Assembly: GCF_009914755.1 (NCBI RefSeq)
Contig: NC_060928.1
Source of the DNA: the human T2T-CHM13v2.0 reference genome, Homo sapiens
Strand: one strand, 5' to 3'
Length of the DNA: 64,000 nt
The translations under genes and the position numbers were made by a program. The notes under the pieces were generated by a model, which was not told the origin of the DNA, ran no database searches, and saw nothing but the letters and a program-made list of their open reading frames with translations. Below, one piece after another: positions 1 through 15,300 of the stretch; position 1 is the stretch's first letter, and every line of letters starts with the position of its first letter.

Positions 1-133
1 TCTAATGAGAAAAGTCAGAGAAGTAAAACAGCAAAACAACTTCACATTCTTTAATGTTCATTCAGAATATTAAATGCCATTAATTGACCATCATTATTAT
101 AAAATTTACTATTTAGATAAGTGAGTTTTAGTA

Positions 134-560
134 CAGTGCTATTTAAAGTATGGAACTGTTACTGGTGTGTGATCAGTACAGAAATTGAGACTAAGCATTT
201 AGAAACCTAGAGCAATTTGACGTAGCAATCTTCTGTCTGTTGAATCTAATAACAAAAAAAATTTTTTCAATTTTGCATATCTTTTTAAAATTTAATTTGT
301 CAAGGAATTCATTTTTAGCATATTTTACAAAAACATCATTCTCCTATGGAGACTATTTGGAAATACAAATAAGAAAACTGGTTCTTACCACAGATAGTTT
401 TAGAAACCTGTTTTAGTGTAAAGCCATCATTTAGTATAAAGTCATCTATTATTACTGTTACTCTGAAGTGGTTACTGAGCATTACAACAGTAGGTAGGAT
501 TATAAGTTGTTTACTAAATATGCTAGATTTATTAACTCATGTATATATTTATTGAGAAAC
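134..560. mobile_element. Probable hAT-Charlie MER remnant (MER119-like)
   Basis: cagtgctatttaaagtatgg start and agtacagaaattgagactaagcatttagaaac..gcaatttgac resemble this family from memory. End uncertain. Confidence 0.45.
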
Positions 561-939
561 CAAAATATTTGAAGTACTTGATGAAGTTGATGTGCTAACC
601 ATTGCCTGTCTGCCCATATTCCCTCTTGGAAATATTACAGGATTCTGCTCACTTCTGACTCCAGCCTCAGCATGCTGTACCATGGTGGGCTAATATTAGT
701 TAGTCTAATAATATGTGAGTCTAATATTATGTCACCCAAGAATCTGGAATTGGGACACTGAGAGACTGAGTGATTAGGTCATAGTAGTCACATGAACTGA
801 AATGTCACCAGTTGTTACAACACCAAACCCAACGCCACATGTAGACTGATGTTAGAGAACACAGAACATGAGTAAGCAGGGGTTCTGAGATAGAATAAGG
901 GGGAAGGGGGCAAATGGCAAACATGCAAGAAACAGAGAG

Positions 940-1300
940 AGAGCCCATCAAAATATAAGTTAGGTCCTGTCACTCCTCGGCTCAAATCCTGCCTTGTCTT
1001 ATGTCATACGGAGTAAAAGTCAGTCTTCACAACTGACTACAGGCTGTAAGGAATCTTTCCTCCATCTCTCTGACTTCATTTTCCACCACGCTCTTTGACA
1101 CTCATTCCAGTTTAGTCATCCAACCTTGTTTTTCCCTGAAGCCAGGCACATTATTGCCTCAGGGCCTTTGTACTTGCTCTTCTGCTTGGTATGCTCATCC
1201 GCAGTTTCCTGCCTGGTTGGCTCCCTCACCCTCCTTCAGAGTTTTGTTCAAACATCATCTTCTAGGCGAGGCCTGCCCTGAGCACCCTATTTAAAATTGC
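940..1300 (+). mobile_element. L2 fragment (host of the tandem Alus)
   Basis: gtcactcctcggctcaaa..tgcctcagggcctttgtacttgct..ctcacc..cttcaga motifs typical of L2. Confidence 0.7.
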
Positions 1301-1306
1301 AATCCC

Positions 1307-1605
1307 GGCCGGGCACAGTGGCTCACGCCTGTAATCCCAGCATTTTGGGAGGCCAAGGTGGGTGGATTACTTGAGGTCCGGAGTTCGAGACCAGCCTGGC
1401 CAATATGGTGAAACCCTGTCTCTACAAAAATAACAAAAATTAGCTGGGCCTGGTGGTGGGCACCTGTAATCTCAGCTGCTTGGGAGGCTGAGGCAGGAGA
1501 ATCACTTGAATCAGGGAGGCGAGGTTGCAGTGAGCCGAGATTGCGCCACAGCACTCCAGCCTGGGTGACACAGAGAGACTCTCTCTCAAAAAAATAAAAT
1601 AAAAT
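1307..1605 (+). mobile_element. Alu (AluS-like)
   Basis: GGCCGGGCACAGTGGCTCACGCCTGTAATCCCAGC start, dimeric body, A-rich tail. Confidence 0.93.
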
Positions 1606-1614
1606 TGTAATCTT

Positions 1615-1980
<366 letters not shown>

Positions 1981-4638
1981 CTATTTCTATGCCCTTCACT
2001 CTATTCCCTCCTTCTCCATTTGTTTAACATTTTTATTGATTTTGGGTTTATCTTTCGATTGTATCTTTTTACAAACATAAGCATTTATGTATACATTTTC
2101 ATATCCTTTCCTGCTTCTTGTGCTAAAGGTGTATACCATAAGCACCATTTTGAACCAGCTTTCCTGGAGCTTCATGGAGATCTTCATCTCTTTTCTTTTT
2201 ATTGATGCACAGTCCTCCATTATGTGGATGTATCATAGTTTTTTAAACTAGTCCCATATTGATAATATTTGGGTTGTTCTCAGTCTTTTGCTATTGCAAG
2301 TAATACCATAAAAAATAGCTATGTGCATAGGTCATTATATGTTTTAGCCAGTTTACTTTTAGAATAGATTCTTAGAAGCAAGATAAGTGGATAGCTCCCT
2401 TTTTAAATTGAGATGATACAAGAGGATTTCTGTTCATTATATCCAACAAGTCATGATTAAGATTGCTACCTGTCCCTGTAGGTACATCTCAAGTGACACT
2501 TCTTCTGGGAAAACTCTTATTCCAGGCAGAAGGAATCTACTGCTAGTTCCCTAATATGCCCTCAGGTAAAAATAAAAAACAATCCTTATATTTTATATTC
2601 TTTCTTGTTCGCATCACTCACATGGCACTTTTTACATGCTGCTTTGTATATACAGTAATTTATGTACCTCTGATCTCCTTAAATGGACAATAAGCTGCTA
2701 CCGATTAAGAAGCACATTCTTTTTGATGTTTATCATCTCTGGTCCCTAACAATGTGCCTTGAACTGGTAATGGATGACTGAATGAATAAATACAACAGGT
2801 ATTTGTAATCCTGCACGTGACAGTGCCCCATATAAAAGTGTCCATGTGATTTATGTTTCACATAACATACCAGAAAAAAAATCTCAAGTGGACTAAAGAG
2901 TTGAACATAAAAAAGGTAAAAAATAAGAAACTATAAGAAAAAAAGTAGTAATATTTATTACCTGCTTAGAGGTCAGTTAAAGGATTGTTTGAGCCTTATG
3001 CCTTTATTTTTTTTCTTTTTCCCTGAACTAGTCACTGCTTGAGAAACTTACACCTTTAAATAAGACTGACACAATAAAATGAGCCTGGAGCCCTGCAGCA
3101 CATCATTTTGGATCCTCTTAAATAGCTCCTCCCCATATTCTCTCATGGTAACAATCCTAGCTGGTGGTCCTTCAAGGGATGATTAAATGTTCTTGCCCAA
3201 ATCTAAGGCTCCAGAGTCAAGCCCATTGATACAGCCATGTGGAAGATCTGGCAACTACATTATTGTGCTCAGGAAGAACCTCACCTTCTGTGTGGAGGTT
3301 GTGGCCTTTCGACTGAGTGTAGGAGAAGTTACTTGTTCTATGTTCATATGCCCTGCCCGGACTCTAACAGGCTACACCTACTCTTAAAGGGGACCTTGTG
3401 CAACATTATGATGTAGCTCTGAATGCATCAGAGGTGAAGAGATAGAAAGGCATGTCTTCTATCTTTGCTTTTGGAGAGGTTGCGGAAATTCATTGCCTCC
3501 CAGGTAGCCTGCAATTCCACCTCTGAAAGCAGTACACACTCTCCATCTGTCCTATAGTATATAAATACCCTCTCCCTACCAGGATGATTACAGTTAACAC
3601 CGTCATCTGCCCTGCTGTCACTGCGCAGCAGAATTTTGGTGGGTCTGCTGTCTACAAATGATTCCATATCATGATTTGAGTCCAATATAAAAATACTCAG
3701 TAAGCAGAGCGGCATCTGACTCAAGGTGGACCAAATACAAGGCCACACCTCCTGATCAACTGACCTGGGCTGCAAAAATAGGCAGTAGAAAAAGCTCAAA
3801 GAACTTGGGAGGATTGTCCTGGTAGGGAAGAGGAAACCAGTCCTCCAATAATGCAGTCCTCCAATAAGACAACCATGCCAACAGACAAAGCAGTTCTGTT
3901 GTCCATTTCTTCACGTGTAGGTGCCCTATGTGAGGTAAACCATACCCACTGATACAACAGGTAGCCGCCTGTGCCATACCCAACTATTCATCTCTACTCT
4001 GCCCTGCCCAACACATTACCCTCATTTCTCTAGAATACAGTGAAGATGTGAGATGAAGGCTATCCGGTTTCCAGGAACTATGGGAAGATAGAATCTGTTT
4101 ACACAACGGTGGACTCTTCTGCATTAGGGAGCTTTGCAGATTGGGCTCTAGTACAGCAGATCTGGTTACCAATTTGTCTCAATGCTGGAAACTCACAACC
4201 CTGCCAAGTCACAGAATCCCTAACCCTTAAATGCAACTGTTTCTTCCACATGCCCTTTGCAAAGGGCATGGAAACAAAGGTTGCAGCTGCCTGCAACCAC
4301 TTTGTTTTGGCATTCACAAGGAATCACCCTGTTACCTAGTGTTGAACCCAGTACACCTGGCTCTCGTCTGTTTCCCAGGCTCTATACTTTGGCTTTTCAT
4401 GTCTGCTTCTAGTCTTCCCTATATCAGGACCCGTTCGAACTTTTCTTCTCTGTTCGACTCTTGCCGAACAGAGTCTGGGCAAGAGGCCCAGGACTCTTGC
4501 CGCTAAATTCTGACTCTCAGATCTTCTTGCTTTGTTGATTATGGTGTTATTACTGCCTTGGGTAAAAGACTCCTTCTGCTAACTTCTGCCCCCATAAAAC
4601 TCCTACAGGCTGGGCTAGTTCACTAACTTTTCCAATGA

Positions 4639-5093
<455 letters not shown>

Positions 5094-5339
5094 GAACTAC
5101 CTCCCTCTCTAAAGAACTGATTGCTTCAATGCTGGGTTCCAGAGTTGCTGAGACACCAAATCTGGCAAACTTGCTGTTAGAGGAAGATTGTGTTGTTGGT
5201 ATTGCAAATGCGATGCTTAAGTTCTCAACATTATCCCTCAATCCCCACCCCAGATGGTAGCTGACTACGTATCAATACTCTTTGAAGTAAAAGAATGGAG
5301 AACTCATCATGCTCATGGGCCAAAGGGGATTCTAAGTGC

Positions 5340-5550
5340 AATTCTGAAGTCAGACCAGCTGGGTCTAATTTAGCTCCACTACTTCCTGGCTATAGTATTG
5401 GAAATTATTTAACCTCTCTATATCTCAGTTTCTTCATTTGTAAAATGGAGATGATGATGAGAATAGCAGCTACCTCCAAAGACTATTGTGAGTTTTAAAT
5501 GAATTATCACATGTCATAAAAGTGGTTAACAACTATTAGCTACTATTATT
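5340..5550 (+). mobile_element. MIR
   Basis: Core tttaacctctct..ctcagtttcttcatttgtaaaatggagatgat. Confidence 0.78.
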
Positions 5551-7344
5551 ATTGGGCCAATTTGGAGACCTGGATATTTATAGAATTAAACTTCCAGGGC
5601 ACATATAACTGTTTACATAAGAAGGATGATGAATAGAAAGTAACTTTGTAGACATACTTGGGCAAATTGAATAGTTGATGATGTCAGTCGGGGTAATACT
5701 CCAGGAGTTTTCCAAAGACTCAGAAATGGAATTCTCTACAGCTTCCTAGAAGACTAATTATTTAAGTATCTCAATGGCAGCTTAATTTACTTTTGCTTGA
5801 TACAAGTCTCTATGTATAATCTACTCTCTCCACTGCATCTCTAAGTCAATACTCAGAATAATGTATTTTAAATCCTAGGGCAGATTATTGGGACTTATCT
5901 TATTGACTTGAATATTTGGATTATTCCAAGTTTTCTTCCATCTTTGAATAGTAGTTTCTGTAGAACATCAAACACGTTCAGAAGTGGTTCATATTCCACT
6001 CTTCCAACTTCACTGTCCTACTGATATACTACTTAAAGAAAAAAAAAGAAATAATAAATGTTATTTAAGAGCTTATCTTCCCATCTGCTGCCAGAAAAAG
6101 GGTGGAAGACACGGTATTGTTTCATTTTGGGTAGCTTCCTAACAGTTCAAGAACCTGTTCACCCTTTGCTCTGATCACGGACTTACCCACCCCTACATCT
6201 ATATAATATATGCCCCCAACAGTGTGATAGGGGACCACCCTCTAGACAGAGAATCTCCCTAAAAAAGCCCCCCTTCATTTTGCCACCAAGTGTTCAATTC
6301 AAAATTTCTCATATACTTAACCTTTAAGGTTCCTGGGACTCCTTTGTAAAATTGTATTGTACCAAGACAGTGAAGAAGGGGCCGTTTGATAGATCAAAGG
6401 GAGGCACATCTGGAGGAGGGATGCTGGTGAGGAATAGATGAAAGAGGGTAAGTAGAAAATAACTGACCATGTGTACCTATGAAGATTAAACGGATGGACT
6501 GTCTAGTGAAATGATCTGTTATGTTAAAAAATGGATGGATTGGATAGCAAAGGTTTTGTCAAAGAATCTGAGCATTTTCTAAGGAAATGCAAATATTTCT
6601 GTGTCTAGCAATTTCTAAACTACTTTTTAGCATGTGCTTATATAGACACACACACACACCTTGATTTAGGATTTTAGGATGGCTAAATATCTTTAAGCCA
6701 TTGAGTAACAGTTTTTCATTCCAAATACTTTTAGTGGTTTGTAATATTTTCCACTTTGTCAGGAGTTTCACTAAGAGCTAACATGCATGTAGGAGCAAGT
6801 TATGAAAATGGGCCACACCTGCTTAGAAAAGAAACAAATCCTTCTTCCAGCAACAAACCAAGCTTATCATAAAACACAACACCTGAAAAACTAGTTGGGC
6901 TAACTGTGATGCATACTTCAGACACCTACTAGCTCTGCTCCTTGTAGCTATATAAAAGTCACTCTTAGAGTGACTTTTAAAAACATGCTGTAACACTTCT
7001 GAGTCACCAGAGAAGACAGGGTATCACAGCTAACCTGAAAGAGGAAGATCCTGGCAAGGTTAAGGATAGAAAGGAAATATTCTTGTCCTTATGCTTCTCA
7101 GTGAGAACTTAAAACTCTCTCCTCAGCAATTCTTAAGGGCTGTTGGCTCTCAGGAGGTAGAGAGTGACCTAGTTTTGAGGATGACATATATGGTATGACA
7201 TGTTGCTCTTTTGGAAGGAGAAAATATAATTTTAAAAGTCAACCATTCAAAATAATTACAAATTTCCACTTCAATGATTTGAGATATAACCATATTTATC
7301 TGAAATTCTCTTTTAGGAGACTTCACTTAGCGTAAATCCATTAA

Positions 7345-8260
7345 CTCTCTCGTTCAAAAAACATGTATTGAGCACTTACCATGTACTAGGCACTGTTGTA
7401 GGCACTGTTTTAGGCACTGGAGATATAACAGTGAACTCTGTTCTCCTGCAGTTCACACTCTACTGGTGAGAGACAGGCAGTGAAGAAAAAAAGAAAGAAA
7501 AGGAAGGAAGGAAAGAAAGAGAGAGAGATGTGTCTGAGAAAAAATGAAACAGGATTAAGAGGATGGGGAATGACACAGATGCTATTTTATGGAGAATCAT
7601 AATGAGGATAGTGAATTTAGGTGCTATTTGGGCAGAGACCTGAATGAAGTGAGGGAGTCAGTCATGTGATAACGTGAATGACAACCAGATCCTAGACAGA
7701 AAAGCAAGTGCAAAGTTCCTAAAGTAGAAACATGCTTGGCTTGTTTGAAGAAAATCAGGAAGGCCAGTGTGGTAGAGTGATGGGGAAGGTGTTAGTTAAT
7801 GAGATACTTGCAGAAGTTGCCGAGTATCCAGAGCCCTACAGTCCAGGGAAAAGACTTTGAAGTATGTTGGGAAGCCAGTTGCTTCTGAGGATTCTGAGCA
7901 GGAGAGTAACCTGATGTGACTTACACAAAAGATCATCTGGTTGCCATGTACACAAGAGACTGTAAAGCAGCAAAGTGGAATAGCTCATTAAAAGAGTACC
8001 ACTGTAATCTAGACAAGAGAAGATGGCAACTTGAATTAGAGTCGTAGCAGTGGAGGTGCTGGGAAGTAATTAGACATATTTTGAATGTAGAGCCAGCACG
8101 ACCTGCTTAAAGATTGGATTTGGTGGGTGAAAGAAAGTGAGGAGTAGGGATTATCCTAAGGTTTTTGGTCTGAGCATTTAGAAGAGCTGTCATTTATTGG
8201 AATGGTGATGACTACAGGACAAGCAGATTTAAGCGTGTGTATATGTTGTGTAGTGTGTAT
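7345..8260 (-). mobile_element. L2 fragment
   Basis: tattgagcacttaccatgtactaggcactgtt..ggagatataacagtgaac (L2 3' end, antisense), followed by a purine-rich L2 body. Confidence 0.75.
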
Positions 8261-10648
8261 GTGTGTGTATGAACTGAATGTTGTTTGATACTTAAGAGGC
8301 CTATTAAACATCCAAATATCTAAATTCGTGCCTGCCATATAGTAGATATATTCAATATTTATTGAATGAAAAAGGTAAGACATTGAGTAAGGCAATAGAA
8401 TTTAAAAATCCAAGTATATCTATCCACTATGAACTTCTCTATATATCTAAGTATATTCACTCTCATGTTTTGCAACCATGAGGCCTCACCAGAATCCTTT
8501 ACTTTTTCATCCTGGAAGAGATACTGGAGATCCTCCAACTCACGCATTCTAAAGTAAACTAAGGACCAGAGATTAGAGAGCAGCGATCAAGGTCAAGTGC
8601 ATTTATGCTACAGCTAGAACCCGACATCAGGCTTTCTGATTCTTAATTCATTGTTCCACACTACAACAGCTTTTCCTGCCCCACAAACATTAGTGCTAAC
8701 TTCATAATGTCCGGTGAACTGTTCTTTTCAAGGAGTATATTTGAAGGGTTCGCCTTATAGAAACTGACTAGTTGGAATCTATTTTACAAAGCATTGAATG
8801 CAAGTGAAAACTGCTACACGTGAAGTAGTCATGATTTTTAACCCTCCGGCAACAAGTTCAGACTGGTCAGAAAGAGCAATGATATTTAGATGAGCATTAC
8901 ACAGATAATATATATTACTTGACAATTATGTTAGCAAACAATCACATCCTTTGACTAGGTCTGTATAGCTAGAAAAATACTCGACTTATAGTTAGCCAGC
9001 AAACTTTTAACACAAATACGTTTTTTGCTACGAATAAATAGCTACGTGGTTTTAAGTAGAACTTATAGTCTACTTAACTTTCAACAAACCAAGTATTGAG
9101 TGTCCACTGTGTCAGTGTACTAGACATGGGAAGCAAAAATGAAGTGTCCTTAAATCAAGTAAACAGACAAAAACAAACGAAAAATAATTCTTAGAGAAAA
9201 AAGCAATTTAAAAAAAAGTGCAAACACCTATTGAGAACTATTGATCACGTAGTGCTAGAATATGCAGAATAATTAGATCTTTGTGGAATTGTTGGGAAGA
9301 GGTTTCCTGAATGAGAGAGTATGGGATTTAAGAAAAGAATCAGATATGGCAGGCGGAGAATATGGCACTAGAAAAGCTAAAGGGTAGAAGCAAGTCAGTC
9401 ATGGCATGAGTCCACACTCAGGTGTAACAGGACTGGATCATTGTTATTAAACTAAGGGTGGAGGCGGCAACTGAAGAAAAGCTGCAAACACAAGCCAAAG
9501 CCGTTCACAATTGACCTCTGAAGACCAACGACTGTGATAATGTGATCAAAACAAAGCATTTAAGTTTTGTTTAGGTTTCCTGCCGCATTCTAAAGGCAGA
9601 CTTCACATTCTTACAATTTTCTTCATTCTTCAGTATCTGTCAGCGTGTTTAACTACTTTTAACATACAACTTTTAAAAAAGTCAAGACACACTACGAGGA
9701 ACTTTTTCCGAAGGAAGTGATCCAAAGAACAGAGTGTGAGTCAATAAACGGAGAAAGGGAGTAGAGAAGCGGTTTACTATCCCCCGCTTCCGCCCCAGTG
9801 TGCTGTAAACTTTAAGTCGGGAAAACTATGTTTTAACCGATGAGATAATGCCTTTAAAAGTGCTTAGCACACTGTCTGGCCAGTAGGAAGCACTCAAGAA
9901 ATTATGATTATTTTGACCTTAGACCTCTCTTAACTGTCTGAAACTGGGGTTTCTTATTTTCAGGGGAAGAAACAGGACACAGGCAGTCTAGAGGCTCCTG
10001 CCAGCCGAGACAATCTCCAATTAAAAGTCGGCATCGATTAAATATTTGCTGAACAAAGTAAACTGTCTCTCCACCGCCGGGCTGAGCGCCCACTCGAGAT
10101 CCGGCCCGGAACAAGGGCGAGACTGGCCCGCGGGTCCCACACTCCCTGTAAGGGGTGGAGAACACGCCCACACGCCCAGACCAACAGGCGAGGCTGTTCG
10201 AGGACCTTGTTAGCCACCTCAGCCCCGCCCGCCGCGAGCCTTCTGCTGGCCTCCCGTTCTGCAGGGACCCTCCCTAGCCAGCCCGGCCGCGTCCCACATC
10301 CGCCGACACGCCCCTTCCGGCCTAATCCCCGCCCCTCAAGCACCGGCCCCGCCCCATAGGCCCCGTCCGTGGCCCCGCCCCGCCGCGAGCTGGCGCCGGG
10401 TCCTCTCAGCGCCCGCCGGCGGCCGCGTCCACCCCCGACGCTCTGAGGTCACCGACTGGGCCGGCCCGCGGGGGGCGGAGGGACGGAGGGAAGATGGCGG
10501 CAGGGGCCGGATATTGGCGCCGCCTCCCCCAATCCCGGAGCCGGCGCAGATGAGGCAGTTCGGCTGGGGCCAGCGGCGCTTTGGAACCCGAGGTGGGGGG
10601 ACCCTGGCGGTGGGGCCTGGTCCTGCTATATGCCGGCGCCTCGGCTAG

Positions 10649-11131
<483 letters not shown>

Positions 11132-12169
11132 TGAGCGCGAGGCGCCGGGCAGGAGCTGGGCGGGGACGGGCCCGGGGGCGGAGAGCGTCCTCTGAGGGTC
11201 CCTCTGGTCGGGCGCCTCGCTTTGTGTAGCCGGGTCCGCTCTCCTGTGGCGACTTGTGGTTTTCTTGCTTTGGCAGAGGGAACGTCAGCTGGAGTTGGGG
11301 GTTCGAGGCGTGCGCAAGTAACAGGGTTGTAGCTCGTTGTCCTTTGGATTGTGGACCTTCTGAGTGCTGGACCCTATTGGGGTCTGTGGGTTGGGGCAGC
11401 TTGAGAAGGGCTGTTCGCCTGGGGAGGAGTCGGAGGTGGGAAACTGCTTTGTAGGCAGGGATCCTGCTTTGTGTAAGATACTGGCTTTCGGATGGTGGCC
11501 CTGGGCATTCTGGATGTAGGAGAGGGGTCTGCTTGATGAGGTATCACCAGGTGTGGGGGTCAGGGGCAGACCAGAGTCGTCTACGTCTATGCAGCGGTTG
11601 GTGTTTGGGACCCATTTCTGGCGGGGATGGGGAGACCGTATGAATCAGCACTCCCCTTTGGGTAGTGGGGTAAACCTTGCTTTGTGTGAAGAGAGGGCAG
11701 AGGATGGTGCTGCTTTTTTTTTTTTTTTTTTTTTTTTTTGTTACTCTGTGTGAAGAGTCAAGGGTGGAACGAGCCCTGGCTCTTATTTTCTAAAACAAGA
11801 ATTGAGTCTGGCGTTTTGCAGAGCTCTGAATTGACAGTTATCACATCCATCTTTCATTTCCACGTCCTTCTAGGGGCAGAGAAAAAGAGTCCTATTTAAA
11901 AATTTAAACCAAAGCTATATTGTCATAAGCCACTTCTTGATGAAATTGTGGCCCCCCCACCTTAATATCACTTTCATAAATAGGACATGGGAGGCTTTTC
12001 CTCTCGTTTTATTATAAAGATGTGTGTGGGCAATTATTTGTCTTAATTCATTTTTCTTAAAGTTTTAACTTTTAGCTAAAATGTCTCTGCTCTATTGAAA
12101 TTAAAACTTCTAACAGTGAAATCGAAATCATTCATAGACTCTGGTATTGCAGGGCTGGAACTTTGCAGT

Positions 12170-12390
12170 GTTCTGAGGTAGTTAAGAGCTTTCCTGGGTT
12201 CGCCCCTGGTTTTGCCACTTACTAGCAGTATGACCTTGAGCAAGTTACTCTGAGGCTCACTTTCTTCTTGTATTTGATGGAGAAAATAATAGCACTTACC
12301 TCTATAGAGTTATGAAAATTTAGTAAGATAATTATGTATGCATTTAGCGCTGGATCTGGCACATAGTAAACTGTCTAAAACAAGCTGCTA
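12170..12390 (+). mobile_element. MIR
   Basis: gccacttactagcagtatgaccttgagcaagttac core. Confidence 0.75.
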
Positions 12391-15300
12391 TTTGTTACTC
12401 TTAAGCCTAGTTACTTAAATCAAGAAACAGTTCTTATATGATGTTGTAGGAGATTCTGGTGATTCTTAAGTGTTGATCCCTGTTCATAAGGCAGTTATAG
12501 TCTTGTTGAGAACTAAGTTTTGTGCAGTTAAATAAACTAGAAAGTGTACAGTGAATTACCCAAAGAGTGATAGAACAAAGAGTACTGACAGTGCTCAGTA
12601 ACTGGGAAAAAAATAGTAGTCCAAAGTAGTTGGGCCAGACTTTGAGGAGGAGGTGGCTTGGAGTCTGAAAGTGAGGAAAGAGCGGGAAGGGCATTTTATG
12701 CTCTTGACAGCTACAAGAGCAGAGTCAGAGGTATTTGTAACTCTCAGGAAGATTTGAGTAACAGAATTACTCTTGAGTATATGATGACATACCTTTATTA
12801 CCAAGTGATATCAAATATTAGAGCTGACTGTGGTAGTGACAGTTTTTGATATAAATGTGAAATTGCATTCTCCCAAAGGAATCTTGGGTATGTATGCACT
12901 TTAAAAGAACCCAGAATCTTGTAAATATTGTCACATGGCTCTTGCAAGTGATGATAATAAAATGATGCTCATAATAATGAGGATTAGCTGCACCCATCAG
13001 CCCATTTTAGATTATGTATTATTAGAACACATTGAGTCCACTTGGGGAAGCCGATTAAGTCTTTGGCTGCTTTGGTTCCTGAGCATGAGTTTGTTAAGGT
13101 AAAGCAAGTCTTCCTTAAATACTGTTCCAGGAGTTTCTTTTGACCAGATGATTCCTGCTTACTGCTTTGATCCTGGCTTCATATCTTGATATTATAGGTG
13201 TCCTATACTTTTTCTGAGATTTGTGTGAACTGAAAGTTGAATATAAATCATATTTAAAATGCGTTGGGGTATGTGATTAGGGTAAAAGTTGTAGGGGATG
13301 GATGTCAGTGGCAGGAAGATTCAAAGTCAATATTTTTTCCTTTCTTAGCAAGCTAAGAATCTACCTTTTGTAACTTCTAGCTATTGCACCTTCCTTTTCA
13401 TCTAGAGGAATGTTTCCTCCCGAGTGTATGTGCCGCAAAGTGCTAGTTCTGAAGATGTCAATAAGTGTTATGTAGAAAAAAAGTGGGTGGGTTCTGGGAT
13501 GGAATAAATGTGGGAAAAACTGGGTTCAACAAAAATAAACAGTTTTCTTTAATGCTGGGCTCCTGGAGATGCTAATGTGTTTTGAACATAGTAAATCTCT
13601 AGGGAGTATGGTTTGGTCCTAAACTTAATTGAGCTCCCAAGGAACTAGTATCTTTTTTAGAAAACAGTGCTCTACAGCAGTCACTTTCATACTCTTCTTT
13701 TTTTTTTTGGACCCAGCTTCATGATAAGAAATACATTTTAACTCATAATCAGGAATTCACATGTATCTGAATAACTGAAGCAAAAGTTTCACAAAATGTT
13801 GATTACTTTTACTACAAGTGGTATGCTTGGATATTTTCCGCTCTATTCTGTTTCATTAAAAAAAAATGCTGGTTACTCCCCAGCTAAGCTGATTTTGTGA
13901 CCCATTAAAGAGTTGCAATTCTCACTTGAAAAACACTGTTTCTAGAATAACTCAGAAAAGTTTAGGGATGAGAACTAACTTCGTTGTGCATCACAGTGTG
14001 TCAGTCTGTGCCAGGCAGCTTATAAATATTTTTTGCCTCTAATTTTATACATTTATGAGATAGGTATCATTTTCTAGGTAAGAAAACTAATCTCTCTCCA
14101 AGCATCAAATAATGCGCACTGAATGATGGCACCAGGATTTGAATCCAGGTCTTTATACATCATAGACTATGCTGTTCCCACAGTATTTTGCTTTTTCCAA
14201 GTATAATGTCCTTTTCACATGAATGGCCTCTTCACATAGTTGAAGACTACTGTGGTGTCACTGCTGACCCTTTCTCCCTGCCACACACTGTGAGCATTCC
14301 CTTCTCTTCTTCAGAGTAAATAATCCCAGTTTGTTTTATCATTCCTTAGATAATGTAATTCTCTGATCCTTCGACCATGGTTATTTTTTTCTTAATTAAC
14401 TCTAAGTTGCTCATTGTCATTATACATGGTTCCCAGAGTTGTACCCAGCATTTTAGATGATATTTGGTCAGATGGAGAGTGTGGTGGGTGTGAATCAAAT
14501 GCTGTTTTTTTTTTAACCAAATACTTCATTGACAGTTTTAACTTCTATTATGCTTAATATGAGCCTGAAGTATCAACTTCTCTCCCATATATTTTATACA
14601 TAAGATGTTAAACTGTGTCTTCCTAACCTAGTTTTTGTGTAACGGATTTTTTTTTTAGCTTAAATATAAAGCTTTTATTTTATTTTTTTTTAGGCGTGCT
14701 CAGATTAAATATAAGGCTTTTAAATTTCCTTTTGTTAGTTTTTATTTACACATTTAATATTATGTTTCTGAGTTATTTGGTCATCTTTGTATTTGGTAGG
14801 CATATCTACTACGTCTTCATTCAAATTGTTGATAAAAATATTAAATTGACATAATAAATTACTCTGAAGTGGGCATGTCAGCTAGACTCACTCTGGATTA
14901 ATACCAGTCCATTAATCAACACACATGGTTGTTCAATAATTGCTAGTTCTATCTATTATCGTCAGGCCCATATAACATTTTGTGTAGACATTATGAAAGA
15001 TTTTGTAAAGTGCCTTGCTATAATTAAGCTATACTCTGCCTACAAGATTCTTACCTACAATGAAGAATACTACATTACTATCACCAACCTATTAAAATAG
15101 CCATTGCAGTTGATTTGTTTGGACTTGTTCATGATGAATGTTCTAGCATTTCATGTATCCACTTTTCCTTTCTTCACAAACTTTTTTTTCATCCAATTTT
15201 GAATTTTGCAAGGAATCAGTTTGGTCTGGACTTTCTAGACACTGCTTATTTTTCTCTTTAGAAGTCACCATATTTCCTTTTATCCAGACTTTTGATCCTG

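Noticed and set aside
3428-3799. RADD in a minus-strand ORF as a reverse-transcriptase YADD motif
   Set aside because: A single degenerate 4-mer with no supporting upstream RT motifs. Kept only as part of the unassigned-segment finding.
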